From Mytilus edulis (Eukaryota), in the NCBI RefSeq assembly GCF_963676685.1, contig NC_092349.1, positions 87,358,001-87,422,000 of the forward strand: DNA of 64,000 nucleotides, in the 5' to 3' direction. How positions within the stretch are numbered: position 1 is the stretch's first letter; every line of letters starts with the position of its first letter. Both the position numbers and the translations under genes were made by a program. Under the pieces are notes generated by a model. It saw nothing but the letters and a program-made list of their open reading frames with translations, was not told where the DNA came from and made no database searches. Positions 12,662 through 26,382 of this stretch are shown here, piece after piece.

Positions 12662-15600
12662 TCATACAACTTTTGCGTAAAACCTTTTGGACATATCAAC
12701 GGAAGTTTTGTAGTCGTATAATGGTTTGTATCCTAGTAACGTGTTGGCTTTATCGTATGTGACGTAACACGTGGTGTTCAGAAACGATATACTTCCAGTT
12801 GTGAAGCCTAAATTTAATAAATCCACGGGTGTAAAGAATCGTATGACATAAAATACACAATACACAATAAACACAAATGACATTATTAACCAGTATGGTA
12901 CATGCCATGATGACGTTTTGACATTAAACTGTTCAAAGAATGGTCTGATGGTTTCCGGAAATATGTTTGGCGGCGTATCGTCTGCTGCAAAGAAGTATTC
13001 GCCCCCTAATTCTGGGTTCTGTTGAATAGCTTCCATTGCTTTAATAAACATGTAAGCACAGTTACCAGCATAACTGTAATGTACACGTGCTGTCATTGGT
13101 CCAATAAGAGTGTACGTTTTATCTTTGAAAGGTTGAATACTTGGTGTAATGTTGTGGTAGTCCAGTTCACCATATAGTGGTAGTGGGAGAATGGCTAATG
13201 TTTTAAGAGACTTTCCTATATAAATAAACAAAATCATGATTTACTTACTAATAATCAATTTGAATATATGCTCTAACAATGATGCTGTTACAGAAGTAAG
13301 ATACGAACACAACTTTTACAGACGTTAAGTAGTCTGTGTTAGTTTCAAGTAATTATACAATAATGTAAAATTAAACTTCATAATTTGCTTTGTTTTGACT
13401 GAAACAGCTTCTTAACACCAAAACACATCATTGAATATGTTAAGAAATATAAATTGAAAATGATTTTATAACATCATAATTTCTACTGTTTTTAAGCAGT
13501 GCGCATGCAACCATACTAACAATACACTGTAGCGTTAATTAATTCTTTTTTCTATTATAAGACTGAGGTTCCACCAACTTGATGTATTCAAATTAACTCG
13601 GATCTTTCGATGTTCCAAGATGTATCTAATGTATTTATTTAGCCTCCATGTTATTTTGTCATAAATGTAGTACGCTTGCTGAAGGTTGAAGTTTGATTAT
13701 GTACAACACCATTAGGAAGGAAACTGTTTTTATATTGGTTATAATATAAATTCGTTACTTGAAGACAAAAATATCGTTCACTTCAAAATTAAGTACCAAT
13801 GTTTCAAATTGGTAATCAAAATTATAATTTTATTCTGTATAACTATATTTAAGGTATTAATTTGTTTTAAATGAGTAATTTGTCAACTAAAAGCTACAAA
13901 CACATGAACATGTATGCATTACCATTTTTAAGTTTACTTCCATTTGCTCCTAGCACCATTTTCTGAGCTTTTAACTTTGTCTTAGCATATGCTCCAAAGT
14001 ATAAATTCGTCTGTGCTTGCACTGAAGTTTCAGTTCCCGCCTTTATTTCCTGTGGACCGTAGAATATGCTAAGAGAGCTGCAGTAGATTAGGTATGGTAC
14101 ATTTTTATCCTTACATGCCTTTAGAATAGTTTCCGTTCCTTCAAATGAAATGTGTAAATTACAATTAAATTTAGTGTGTTTAAATGATATTTCTATATTG
14201 TTTTACTGCATTTTCTCATATAGCTCAAACCTTTGTTACTGTATATTACAATATATTGACTGCCCAGTGGCGCAAATTTAGGGTTTGAGCAAAGAAATAG
14301 GGACCGGAGGAGCCCACTAAAATATACATCCTGCAGTTTAAAAATATAATAATGTACTAATAAAACAAATGTTCAGCCATAAGGAGTATTCTGTCTCTCC
14401 CCTCGCGGTTTCTCCCTTGTGTTGATAAATAAACTCATCATAGATACCAGTATTGAAATTTTGTATTTGCGACAGACGCGCATTTCGTCTACAAATTAAA
14501 AAAGACTCATCAGTGTCTTCTAGGTACGTAAACGCCTCGGTGGTCTAATGGTAGCGTGTTCTCTTCAAGTGAGGAAGGTAATGGGTTCGAACCACAGCCG
14601 TGTTAAACCAAAGACTTTAAAATTGGTATTTGCTGCTTCTCCGCTAAACACACGGCATTGTGGATTAACAGCAAATGTTAGTCTGCTCTAATTCATAATG
14701 ATGTGTATAAGGAAAATAATCACAATATCTATATAAATATATACAACAGTGGCGGATCCACTATTACTATAGCCTCTCAATAGAATATTTTACTAGAGTC
14801 CAATACTTATCGAGAAATGTAACTAGACTCTAGCTGGCAGCCACTTTTAGCAGCCAATCAAGTTAGCAGCCACTTTTTTCCAGCAGCCAATTTTGATGAA
14901 ATGTACCAAGTGTGTACATGTTCTCGTTTGAAATGTTTTACATTTGTCATTTCGGGGCCTTTTATAGCTGATTATGCGGTATGGGTTTTGCTCACTGTTG
15001 AAGGACGTACGTAACCCATAGTTGTTAACTTCTACATCTATGTCATTTGGTCTTTGATAGGAAAATTTGTCTCATTGGTAATCATACCACATCTTATTTT
15101 ATACCAAATTAGAAGTCCATTTTTTTTCTTCTTTTGCCAACATTTTTAGACTGAAATTATGAATTGTGCAGACAAGAACTGATATAATTATTGTAAATTG
15201 AAATATTTAGATTTCTTATTTGATTTCTATAAAAAATATTGTTTTTATTTATATTTTTACACATTTTTGTCTATTTGCTTTTACCTGTGACATTAACCTC
15301 ATGTAAAGTCTTATGATTAGGAAATAACCTCCAGTCTATCAGTGATGCAATATGAAGAACAACATCCACGCCATCACATGCTTTATTGACCACTGATTGG
15401 TCAGTTATACTTCCAACAAACGTTTTCATTGGTTTGCTTATTTCAAAATCTGAAACAGACATGTAAAAGAAATGGTTTAACATTGGGTTAACATTTATGC
15501 TTGATACATGTTTGTTCATCTTCACTAGATTTATTACCTTCATCAAGCAAAACGAATTGGACGGTAATACATAAAGATTATTTAGTCTATTTTGGGTGAG

Positions 15601-18600
15601 CATCAATTAGCCAATTTAGAGTTTAAAGCGATACTAAAAGAGAGGCAAAAGATACTAAAGGGACATTCAAACGCATGTCAAAAATAAATTAACAACGCGA
15701 TGGCTTAGAAATAAAAAGACCATCAGACAAACAATAGTACACAAAACACAACATAAAAAAAATCTTTTAGAAGATTCTCCGGAAGAGTAAACGTAAAATG
15801 TTCTGTTTGTTTTTCTGTATTCAAAATCTGTAGTTTGTTTCTCCGAATGACAACAGTCAGTTTGTGACATTGTTATATGACATTAAATGCACAGCTACTT
15901 ACTAGTATATTACAATTGATGATGAGATGATATCGTATCAGTAAGTAAAGTACTTTCAGCTTTCTCATTGTAACTGCGAGCATTATATATAGAACGACAT
16001 TAATGGTTATTTCAGAAAAAAATAATGGAGGCTAGAATTGATACTGATTTCAACACGGGTTCGCCCTTTAGGCTAAACATTTCCCGTCCGGCCTTGCTAA
16101 AGTGTGACGTCAATTTGGCTGTGCGGGATGTATAAATACGCAGACACGTTCGTTCGTAATGGAGACGTTTACTTCGAAGTTTCATGTAGGTTGATACCAC
16201 ACTCTCTGCATGTTAAAAACATGTATAACAACTCGTTGAGTGGTCCGTAGATTGCTTGTTGTAAGGCAAAAATTATGTTCCAATCCAACATACCTAATCT
16301 TCAGTGAAAAATCTTTCCAGGTACCAAATTACCTTTGATAAATACTTCGCAGAACCTGCCTATCCTGTATGGGTTGCTGTCTCCTTTACCCATACCTACC
16401 CTGTATAATGTATTTGCCACCTATGTCATGAACTCAACTAATGACGTATACCCTACATCTCCTTTACCCACACCTACCCTGTATAATGTATTTGCCACCT
16501 ATGTCATGAACTCAATGACGTATACCCTACATCTCCTTTACCCATACCTACCCTGTATAATGTATTTGCCACCTATGTCAGATGAACTCAATGACGTATA
16601 CCCTACATCTTCTTTACCCATACCTACCCTGTATAATATATTTGCCACCTATGCCATGAACTCAATGACGTATACCCTACATCTCCTTTACCCATACCTA
16701 CCCTGTATAATGTATTTGCCACCTATGTCAGATGAACTCAATGACGTATACCCTACATCTCCTTTACCCATACCTACCCTGTATAATATATTTGCCACCT
16801 ATGTCAGATGAACTCAATGACGTATACCCTACATCTCCTTTACCCATACCTACCCTGTATAATATATTTGCCACCTATGCTATGAACTCAATGACGTATA
16901 CCCTACATCTCCTTTAACCATACCTACCCTGTATAATATATTTGCCACCTATGCCATGAACTCAATGACGTATACCCTACATCTCCTTTACCCATACCTA
17001 CCCTGTATAATGTATTTGTCACCTATGTCAGATGAACTCAATGACGTATACCGTATACCCTACATCTCCTTTACCCATACCTACCCTGTATAATGTATTT
17101 GTCACCTATGTCAGATGAACTCAATGACGTATACCCTACATTTCCTTTACCCATATCTACCCTGTATAATATATTTGCCACCTATGCCATGAACTCAATG
17201 ACGTATACCCTACATCTCCTTTACCCATACCTACCCTGTATAATGTATTTGTCACCTATGTCAGATGAACTCAATGATGTATACCCTACATCTCCTTTAC
17301 CCATACCTACCCTGTATAATATATTTGCCACCTATGCCATGAACTCAATGACGTATACCCTACATCTCCTTTACCCATACCTACCCTGTATAATGTATTT
17401 GTCACCTATGTCAGATGAACTAAATGAAGTATACCCTACATCTCCTTTACCCTTACCTACCCTGTATAATATATTTGCCACCTATGCCATGAACTCAATG
17501 ACGTATACCCTACATCTCCTTTACCCATACCTACCCTGTATAATATATTTGCCACCTATGCCATGAACTCAATGACGTATACCCTACATCTCCTTTAACC
17601 ATACCTACCCTGTATAATATATTTGCCACCTATGCCATGAACTCAATGACGTATACCCTACATCTCCTTTACCCATACCTACCCTGTATAATATATTTGC
17701 CACCTATGACATGAACTCAATGACGTATACCCTACATCTCCTTTACCCATACCTACTCTGTATAATATATTTGCCACCTATGCCATGAACTCAATGACGT
17801 ATACCCTACATCTCCTTTACCCATACCTACCCTGTATAATGTATTTGTCACCTATGTCAGATGAACTAAATGAAGTATACCCTACATCTCCTTTACCCTT
17901 ACCTACCCTGTATAATATATTTGCCACCTATGCCATGAACTCAATGACGTATACCCTACATCTCCTTTACCCATACCTACCCTGTATAATATATTTGCCA
18001 CCTATGCCATGAACTCAATGACGTATACCCTACATCTCCTTTACCCATACCTACCCTGTATAATGTATTTGTCACCTATGTCAGATGAACTCAATGACGT
18101 ATACCCTACATCTACTTTACCCATACCTACCCTGTATAATATATTTGCCACCTATGTCAGATGAACTCAATGACGTATACCCTACATCTCCTTTACCCAT
18201 ACCTACCCTGTATAATGTATTTGTCACCTATCACGGTCAGATGAACTCAATGATGTATACCCTACATCTCCTTTACCCATACCTACCCTGTATAATATAT
18301 TTGCCACCTATGCCATGAACTCAATGACGTATACCCTACATCTCCTTTACCCTTACCTACCCTGTAGAATGTATTTGCCACCTATGTCAGATGTACTCAA
18401 TGACGTATACTCTACATATCCGGCTTTTAAGCATAAAATTCTGTTGAAAATCGAAGGAAACACAGGATATTTTAAGGTGTATACACTGAAAAAAATACCT
18501 AGTAAATATTACTAGTTTGGCTAGTACTTCATTAAAAGTCCCTAGTAGATTATCAAACAACTAATTAGACTAGTATGTTTACTATCGTGGATGCATCGTA

Positions 18601-21600
18601 TTACCAGGAACCAGCTGTGCAACTGATAACAGGATTTCCCGCCGGACGAGTATCATATTCGCGTGGCCAAGTTCTGTTGTACATGAAGTGATGGCCGCAA
18701 TCAAACGAATAAAGAACCTGAGTAATGTTTGGCCTGATTCATTGAAAAGCTGTAAGTATTTTAAATAATTTGTGTTTTATTTTATCGTCTTTACTTGTTT
18801 ACACAAAAAAAGAACCACATCATCTCGCCTTTCACGTAAAATAAAATGTACAGAAGATGGTCAAGATAACCTTGTGACACGTGGAACAAACTTTATCTAT
18901 TTAAGTTAAGATTTACAAGATGCAGATTTCGTTATTCTAATATTAACATCTTTTCTTCTTTTTTAATACGAAAACTAAAGTAATTAATAGGGTATCCTTC
19001 TATTTCACCACAGAAAACCGTAACTTAAATCCGAAACGTTTTATGATTATGTAATTAAAAGTGCGCCTCGTTATGAAATTAATATGGCTGCGCCCATGTA
19101 GTGAAAAAATATGAACCTGCCAAAACTAACACAGTCAATACATGGTATTTCTTCAATATTTTCACATCAAATATGAAATTGAGAAACATTTGAAAGCACC
19201 ACAGAATGTACTTGATGACACACATGCACCATGTAGGTGTACACTTGCATCTTGACTCTGAGTGCACAAATGCATTCAAACAAGTAATAGCTTTTCTAAA
19301 AAGCTAGCCGTCTCTTAGCTTCAGGATGAAAGTAAAAAGTGTAAAAATTCATAAAGGCTAATACAATTTTTCCTAATTTACTAATGGTTTTTTGGGATTA
19401 TTTACCAACACTGGATTAGAAAGGGTGATGCCTTAACTGTTTTTTTTTTAAATTAAATATGAAAATATTTATAAAAGTATATTTTAAAGTCATAAGAAAC
19501 CTCAAATCAAAAAAAATTAATGCATATGATTTTTATAACTCAATGGATAGTTTTCATTATAAAACTTATGTACATATACTTTTTTCTGAAGAAAATTCTT
19601 TAATTTATTCATATTTAGAAGAAGTTTACTTTATTTGAATAGCTTCCTTCCAGCAAGCTATTCCCCCGACATATTTTCCGTATGCAAGGTGACCTCAGTG
19701 TGACCCATCTCGTAAAAATCCGGTGACCACAATACGCATGGATGTCCTTAAAATAAACTATTGTCTGAATTTACATGTTAAACACGTGCTCAATTTCCAT
19801 GCTTTTTTGTTTATTTTTCGTCAATTGTTGACAAACAGGTGACAATCGTTAAACTTCGGCTTCAAAACACGAACTTTAATTACCTGCCATATTTTCACAA
19901 CAACACTGACCGATTGAGAAAAAAAATTGACAATTATACGAAATTTACACGAAAAAAATGATAAATTCGAGCACAGAAGACGAAGTTTAGGATGTTTGTA
20001 TGCATTAGTTCAAGAATTGGAAGAACATTATTTTTCACCGGTCACTCGTTTCTTATGACTTTAAACATGGCTCTGGGATAATTATTGTTTTTGCCAGTAT
20101 TTTAACTCTCTGTATAGCAGTACGATTGTAGATTTAATATTAATGCATACACATTACACTCGTTAATGTCTAACTTCAAATACTTGTATGCAATTGCATT
20201 AAAAAGCTATAAAAAAGGACATACATGTAAATGTTCAGTGTGTATCTATATATGTCTGACATGACGACTCACCTATCACACAAAAGAAACAAAGTGAAAT
20301 GTAGTTTTTTAAATACAATGTATTACTAGAAATTGAAAGTAGAGTTCTAGTTAATCTATATTAATTAATATTGACAACACTACATGTAGTTTTATTATGG
20401 ATTTTTGTATAATTTCAGGTTCTGAAAAAAATCACAGGGGATGATAAATTTGGATAAGAAGGATTGACCACCAACATGCTACACTTACTGGAACTTGATA
20501 AACCTGCAATTCACAAGAACAAGCCAAAGACTAGTATTACCGTAAAAAGTGGTTGAGGGTATGGTCCCAGCTATCCAAACCTGACAAATTATTGGTAACA
20601 AGCAATCTTTACTAAAAAGGAACATCAAGCCGACACGCTTTGCAGACTTTGAAAATGATAATTTATAAATTTGGTTAAGGCTATTGAAACAACAAACTGT
20701 GAAAAGGAGCAATTTAAAAACACATTCTTTGTCAAAACTGTGATTCATTGAAAGAAGACGTAGTGTGCGCCAAGTCAGTTGAGAGCTTCAAAACAGCTCA
20801 CCAAGGCCGTCAATAGGAGTCCGCTCTCCCGTCAAGTTCAAGTCAGAATTGGGACCTTCGATGTAACAATGCAGATACATATAGCATGAAAAGTTTTATA
20901 TAATGAACATTTATATTTATATCTATTGATGTTTCAGTACAAGTATGATTATTTGTTTTTGTTGTGATCTATGACATACATGTATAGTATAAACAATTTT
21001 GAGAAACTCAGAGAAAGTGTTATCTGTATACATGACAGTTCCGTGAAAATGTTAACCAACTTTTGTGTCAACTTATTCATTCTGACATCTAAAAATTGAT
21101 ACAAGCCAATATTAGAATTCAATAGATTAAGACTATAAAATCAGTTTTGACCTAGGCCTGTTCAAGTTTATTAAGGTCAAAATAAGTTTAAACAAAGTTT
21201 CATAATATAAAATATCAATGTACATGTAGGAGCAAACGGTGAAAATGATTTAGATCCTAGTGCAATATGAGATGGGTGACATGTATTTAGATCCTGGTGC
21301 TCTAGAGGGGTGACATTGAGTTGGATCTGTTTGCTCAAACTAAAATTTACAGTGCTTTAACAAATGATAAGTGATCATGCTTTATAAAGTTATAAACTGT
21401 TAGGTACAATCTGTATACTTACTTCCTGACAACTTTATTTTTACTTCTAAGTGTTTTAAAATGTAAAATTTGAAGCAGTAAGACATAAAATAACTGATAA
21501 GTCTTACTTTGTTCTTTTTTTTTAAATAAATATTTGAGGGAGTGTTTATTCATTTTGGTTTTGCAAGGAGAGCTGATTGATTTAAACAGGGGCCGTGCAA

Positions 21601-23353
21601 TAACTAGATGGGTTATTTTATTAAACTGACGTTTAAAATTTTTTTCATCGAAATAACTTTAGAATTGTAAACTGAATATTCTAAATACATGTATGAAATA
21701 TTGTTAATATTATTAGGGTACAGTTTTGAAACATGAATTTAATTGGTTACTTTGAAGTAAATTGAGAACATGTTACCTATTTGTTTGTTGTTGGTTGGAC
21801 ACCTTTTTCTATACTTGAAATTAACTACTTTGTCTTGTCTACTAAAATGTATTTTACAGTTCTGATGTTATGCATCTTATGTAAATAAAATAGGTATAAT
21901 TTATCTTTAAAATTATTTTGCTGAACCTGACACACTGACAAATTTAGTTAGGTAACTGTAAAGCTTTCAGGCCTAACATGGCGAAATTTAAGTGAGAATG
22001 TGTGAAAGAGAAAACAACAAGAACAAGGAGTGAAAAGAAATAGTTTTGTCTTTATTGACATTGAAGGTTAATTATCACTACAGATGCAACAAATTTTTAT
22101 CTGCATTCATTGGCAACCAAAGTATACATTGTAAGTCAATTCATATTGAGAATATTGTGACCTATTGCTGATGGTTTTGCTAGTCTTTTCATGTCATTGT
22201 TGTATATTTATCTTAAACAATTATTGCTATTGTCATTGTGTTTTCTGAATTGAAAGATCACAAACACATATAACTACCTAGAAGCTTCCTGTTGAATTTA
22301 CTGAGTGATGGATTATGGGCCCCTTTCATGGGAAAAATTTAATTGATTATACCGTTAAAAATTTAACTATGACTTGAGTGAGCCCCCTTTTATGGCAGTC
22401 CCTCTTATTAAAAAAATTGGATTTATCATTTTTAACTTTGTACCAGTACAATAGAGAAATAGTTATAAGAAATTGCACTGCTATGAAACTATGCATACAA
22501 ATCAAAATAAAAAAGAATCCTTAATCCAGTAACATTGCTACATCTAGGTACGAAAAAGTACATGTACCACACGAGGGTGACCTGGTACAAGTACTTATAG
22601 CTAGTAAAGTTACTAGCTGAAGGAGGTATTCCTACTAGGAAATGTTTGTAGAGTTACTTGAAGCTAGTAGAATCACTAGTCTTACCATGGATTTGCCACT
22701 AGGAGGACCTAGTTATGTTACTAAAAGGTAGTAAAATTACTTATTCAGACTAGTAAAGTCACCAAGCAGTCTAGAAAAATTACTAGGGACTCCTAGTGTA
22801 ATTACTAAGTAGCCTAGTAAATTTACTTTGATGGCCTAGTATAGTTACTAAGTAGGCTAGTAAATATACTTCTGGCCTAGTAATCTCATGGACAGTAAGT
22901 TTACTAGTTTACCTAGTAGAGATTACTAGGTATTTTTTTCAGTGTAAATCGTATGTTATTTTATATTTCAAGTTGAACAAACCAAATATTAAAAGGGAGA
23001 CCAAGACATTCCTCATGCTTCATATAATCGGGTATACCTGTATGTATTCACCTGTTAAGAAATTGTGAAAACATTTTTAAAAAATTACGTTTTCGTGATA
23101 TGACGACTTTCTTTAACTTTATCAAAAGAGAACAATGTTAAAATAAATCACAAGTATCTTTCATTGTTCACGTGACATACGTCAAATGAATTATGTGACA
23201 TTATAATAAAGCCATACCTAATTTTTGTTCGTATTTCACAACATCTAAAATACGAATTTCTTTGACATCAGTTCCCAGAAGTTGTAAATGTTTGATAATA
23301 TGTTGTCCTAAACATCCGCTTCCACCAGTCACCAATACAACACCGCTAGACAT
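12662..23353 (-). CDS. 3beta-HSD-like extended SDR oxidoreductase, paralog 1; complement(join(12662..13215,13923..14138,15285..15449,23218..23353)), 356 aa
   Basis: Exon 1 reads MSSGVVLVTGGSGCLGQHIIKHL...IRILDV (TGxxGxxG Rossmann motif with acidic residue after beta2). Exon 2 has DVVLHIAS...EVNVTG, exon 3 has YCSS and YAKTK (YxxxK), exon 4 has YGELD, YAGN, YFFAADDTP, a hydrophobic stretch and LLGYKPLY. All junctions are GT-AG phase 1. Exon sizes 136/165/216/554 equal those of paralog 2. Confidence 0.93.
14471..14517 (-). ncRNA. Minimal type I hammerhead ribozyme in a retrozyme fragment (about 14428-14517), sense strand of HSD paralog 1 coding intron 2
   Basis: Minus strand reads GACA-CTGATGA-GTCT tttttaatttgt AGAC-GAAA-T GCGC-GTC-TGTC. 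The core is intact, stem I is GACA/UGUC and stem II is GUCU/AGAC. Confidence 0.75.
14533..14705 (+). mobile_element. tRNA-derived SINE (decayed)
   Basis: A-box-like TGGTCTAATGG and B-box GGTTCGAACC, followed by a non-tRNA body AAAGACTTTAAAATTGGTATTTGCTGCTTCTCCGCTAA. No clean cloverleaf. Confidence 0.7.
16380..18418. repeat. Minisatellite, about 27 copies of 74/76-bp units, in coding intron 1 of HSD paralog 1
   Basis: Unit ATGAACTCAATGACGTATACCCTACATCTCCTTTACCCATACCTACCCTGTATAAT(A/G)TATTTG(C/T)CACCTATG(CC|TCAG). Confidence 0.97.
18484..22944. mobile_element. 4.46-kb CACTG-ended (CMC/EnSpm-like) non-autonomous DNA transposon with TA flanks
   Basis: TA|CACTGAAAAAAATACCTAGTAA ... TTACTAGGTATTTTTTTCAGTG|TA is a perfect TIR. 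Dense subterminal CTAGTA/TTACTAG repeats at 18495-18585 and 22600-22930. Confidence 0.85.
19488..20060. mobile_element. Kolobok-like MITE nested in the CACTG element
   Basis: TTAA|AGTCATAAGAAAC ... GTTTCTTATGACT|TTAA: a perfect 13-bp TIR with TTAA TSD. Confidence 0.8.
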
Positions 23354-24608
23354 CTTTCTCTTGTCTTCTGTTTCACATGAAGATTGGGAAATTTTAACAC
23401 ATTTTTTTTTAAAACGTGAACTTACATTTTATATATACTAGTTCGAATCATAATTACATAAAGTTGAAATAACTGTTTTCGAACTTTAATGGCCATCTTT
23501 GTATTAAAAAAATGTTTTAGCTGACATTTTAAATAGAAAAAATAGACAGTGTTACGTACTCGTCTCATTTACGTATTTTTCAAATTCTACTATAATTGTT
23601 TTTATAATTTCACGATGATAAATAATCTATACAACCAACATGCAAGTTATACATAATACATGTTATATAAAAGAAACGCGGTCCAACAATATATAATCAG
23701 GAAGTTAAAAAATATTTCACATTCTTACCTTTGCTATGTATGATATTTAAGTAGCTAAGTACTCGTGTAAACTAGTGAACTAGTTATGAACCACATGACC
23801 TTGTGTTATCACACTTATCACGTATTGACACTATTTAAATAATAAATGTTTAAAGTCCCGGTTGAAATCTATCCAAAATGACGATTTAACTATTTTCTAT
23901 AATCATTAAAATAAAATTGAAAATGGAAAGTTATTATATAACAGTTTCTATGATTATTAATAACATTAGTTTTGTGAATTTTTTTACACGGTTCATTTTC
24001 ACTTTTTTTAAGTGCGCGTTTTTCCTCAATTTTAAGCATATTTTGTAATACCCTTTGGTAATCACCTGTTACATAAACCCTAAGTTGTCCAGGGAGGCAA
24101 CTAAGGGGACCCGAATAATGACAGAGTCTCATTTGTCAGGGAAAAGTAAAGCGAGTAATGAAAACTACGAGGTTCATTTTCATTATTCTAAAGTGTATCA
24201 ATAAATATCGTCTTTTTCATCTAAAGCCTGCAGTATTTGACAGTTAATTCGGAATGTCAAAACTTTTGGCATTGATTATTTGTTCACACATGAAAATATA
24301 TGAGAGATAAATTAGTTGTGATATAATGTGTCTGGGCGGACGCAAATTGATAGTAATAACACTTCAAAGTTATATAATTTTGATATTAATTTTAGTCGGC
24401 AGTCGAAACAAAAATATCAACGTACATTTACAAGGATCATTCTTTGTTCTGAAAAACGATTGAATTATCAAAATTTACAATGAATGTACAGCGATCGGGG
24501 TAAATCAATTATTTTGAGTTTCAGTTATTGCAAACATTTTGTTATGTTTTTGTTTTTGGTACACTATAGTTTTTTTTAATGCTTGTGCATTTGTTATCTC
24601 TATATATA

Positions 24609-25058
24609 TGTTCCAGACCATACGAGTATTTGGACCGTACGCGTACGGTCCGGACCGTAAAAAAAACGTCATATTTTTTTTTACATTAACGTGTTTTGTT
24701 CATGCATGTTCCTTTGCATATGCAATTTTTTGTAAAGGTACTAAATATTCTTAAACTATTGTTCTCCCACTCTATGTTTACTTCCGATAATTTCAATTTC
24801 AATGAGCATACTAGGTTGCTATTAATGAATTACTGACATGCTAAATATAGGAGATTAACAGATTAAATAAGCGTGATTTTTTTAAATAGTTATAATATGA
24901 AAAGTTTTTATTTCAATTACTATTGAACTTTTTATATTAATTTCAGATATAAGTTATGTTAATCTGCCATATACATTTGTATCTAATAAACTTGACCAAT
25001 TTCTTAATATTTGTCAGACCGTACGCGTACGGTCCAAATACTCATACGGTCTGGAACA
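24609..25058. mobile_element. MITE with ~45-bp TIRs in the divergent HSD1/HSD2 intergenic region
   Basis: TA|TGTTCCAGACCATACGAGTATTTGGACCGTACGCGTACGGTC ... GACCGTACGCGTACGGTCCAAATACTCATACGGTCTGGAACA|TA. Confidence 0.85.
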
Positions 25059-26382
25059 TATACACCATTATTATGGAGTTACTTTTCTGGTGCTGATTTT
25101 TGTTTGGGTTCCCGTTCCTACCTGTAGATTGAGTTTGAAAGGAGAGTTGAGGGTGTTTTTGTTGTAAAGTTCGTGTTGCAAAGTCTGAAGTTTTCCACGT
25201 AGTGTTGTTTTCCTCGTTTTTCATTTTTTCCGTAGTATTTGAGGTTTCTCTTCGACTTAAGATTTTTTATTTTGTCCCTTGGTATCTTCTGCTTATTTTT
25301 TGAGATTCGGAAAAAAAAGTTTAATCTACAACGACTTTATGTGTTTGCCCCTAGTCAGTAATGCTCTTTGTCATTTTACTTTTTTTTTCGGTCATTGAAT
25401 CTGAACTGCACATTTCGTAGAAAAATATAAAAATATCATCGTCATTCAAATCAATCGAGTTCTTTTTGAGATTATGCAAAACAAGTAGGACATTTGTACA
25501 AATATAATTCATCCATTTTGTTTCTAACCCGAGTTTATCCTATTTTAAATCATTGAAAATGTTACTTTTAAGCAAACTATATATTCTATCAATTTGTCAA
25601 TTTCTAAAAAAAAAAATGAAAATGCACAGGTGTTTGCGTTAAAGATAAATACGCGTAAAATATTATCTCACATATATATATGTAAACAAAAATATTTCAA
25701 ATATTGTCACTATTTACAATTAATTTGATATATTTCTACTGACGGTAAGATAGACGGTCTATATGGACATTGACCGTCTAGTATACTATTGATGTATCCA
25801 GCTTGTAAGTAGTAGTTGCATAATAATATAATGTACAGTTTTTTCTTAATTTAATAATTCATGCCTTGAAGCTTAAATGAACTGCTTGAAGTATTTGTCT
25901 TGATGAAGATATAGACTCAATTAAATCTTTGATTAATCAAAAACATGAATGACAGTAAACCTAGAACAGAATTTAGAATATTAAAGCTTTTTGTGGTAAA
26001 GCCAGATCGCCTATATCAACGAGGGAGGGGGAGGGGGGGGTGAGTAAGGGAGATCTCTGACCTGGAGTCCATCTTCAGTGATTACTGGTCTGCCAACACT
26101 GCTGTTATGATGCTCTCGATTTCGATCTCAGTTGACTAGGATTGCCACGTTTCCTGTTATAGATCGGTTGTGTTCTCTTCTAGTAAGTACTACTGCTCAC
26201 TCAACAAATTGACCGCTATGATTTAGCCAGGAGTACTAATAGTGGTGTTAAATACTAACCACCAAATATCAACCAATTACAACTGTTCCTAGTATTATAA
26301 CTACGTTTGTCGCACCTGTCAGAAACAGTTACTGATGACATACATTTTATTATCTTTCTTCATATAGAATCAATTATGCAAG

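Noticed and set aside
14533-14610. Possible tRNA gene
   Set aside because: A and B boxes are present but the acceptor and anticodon stems do not pair, and the sequence continues into a SINE body.
16380-18418. CRISPR-like regular array
   Set aside because: Units are contiguous near-identical repeats with no unique spacers, the context is eukaryotic, and there are no cas genes.
16335-18515. Several 61-158 aa ORFs with repeating YPTSPLPIPTLYN / LLYPYLPCI
   Set aside because: By-products of the 74/76-bp minisatellite (74+76=150 keeps frame). They are antisense within an intron and have no splice or start context.
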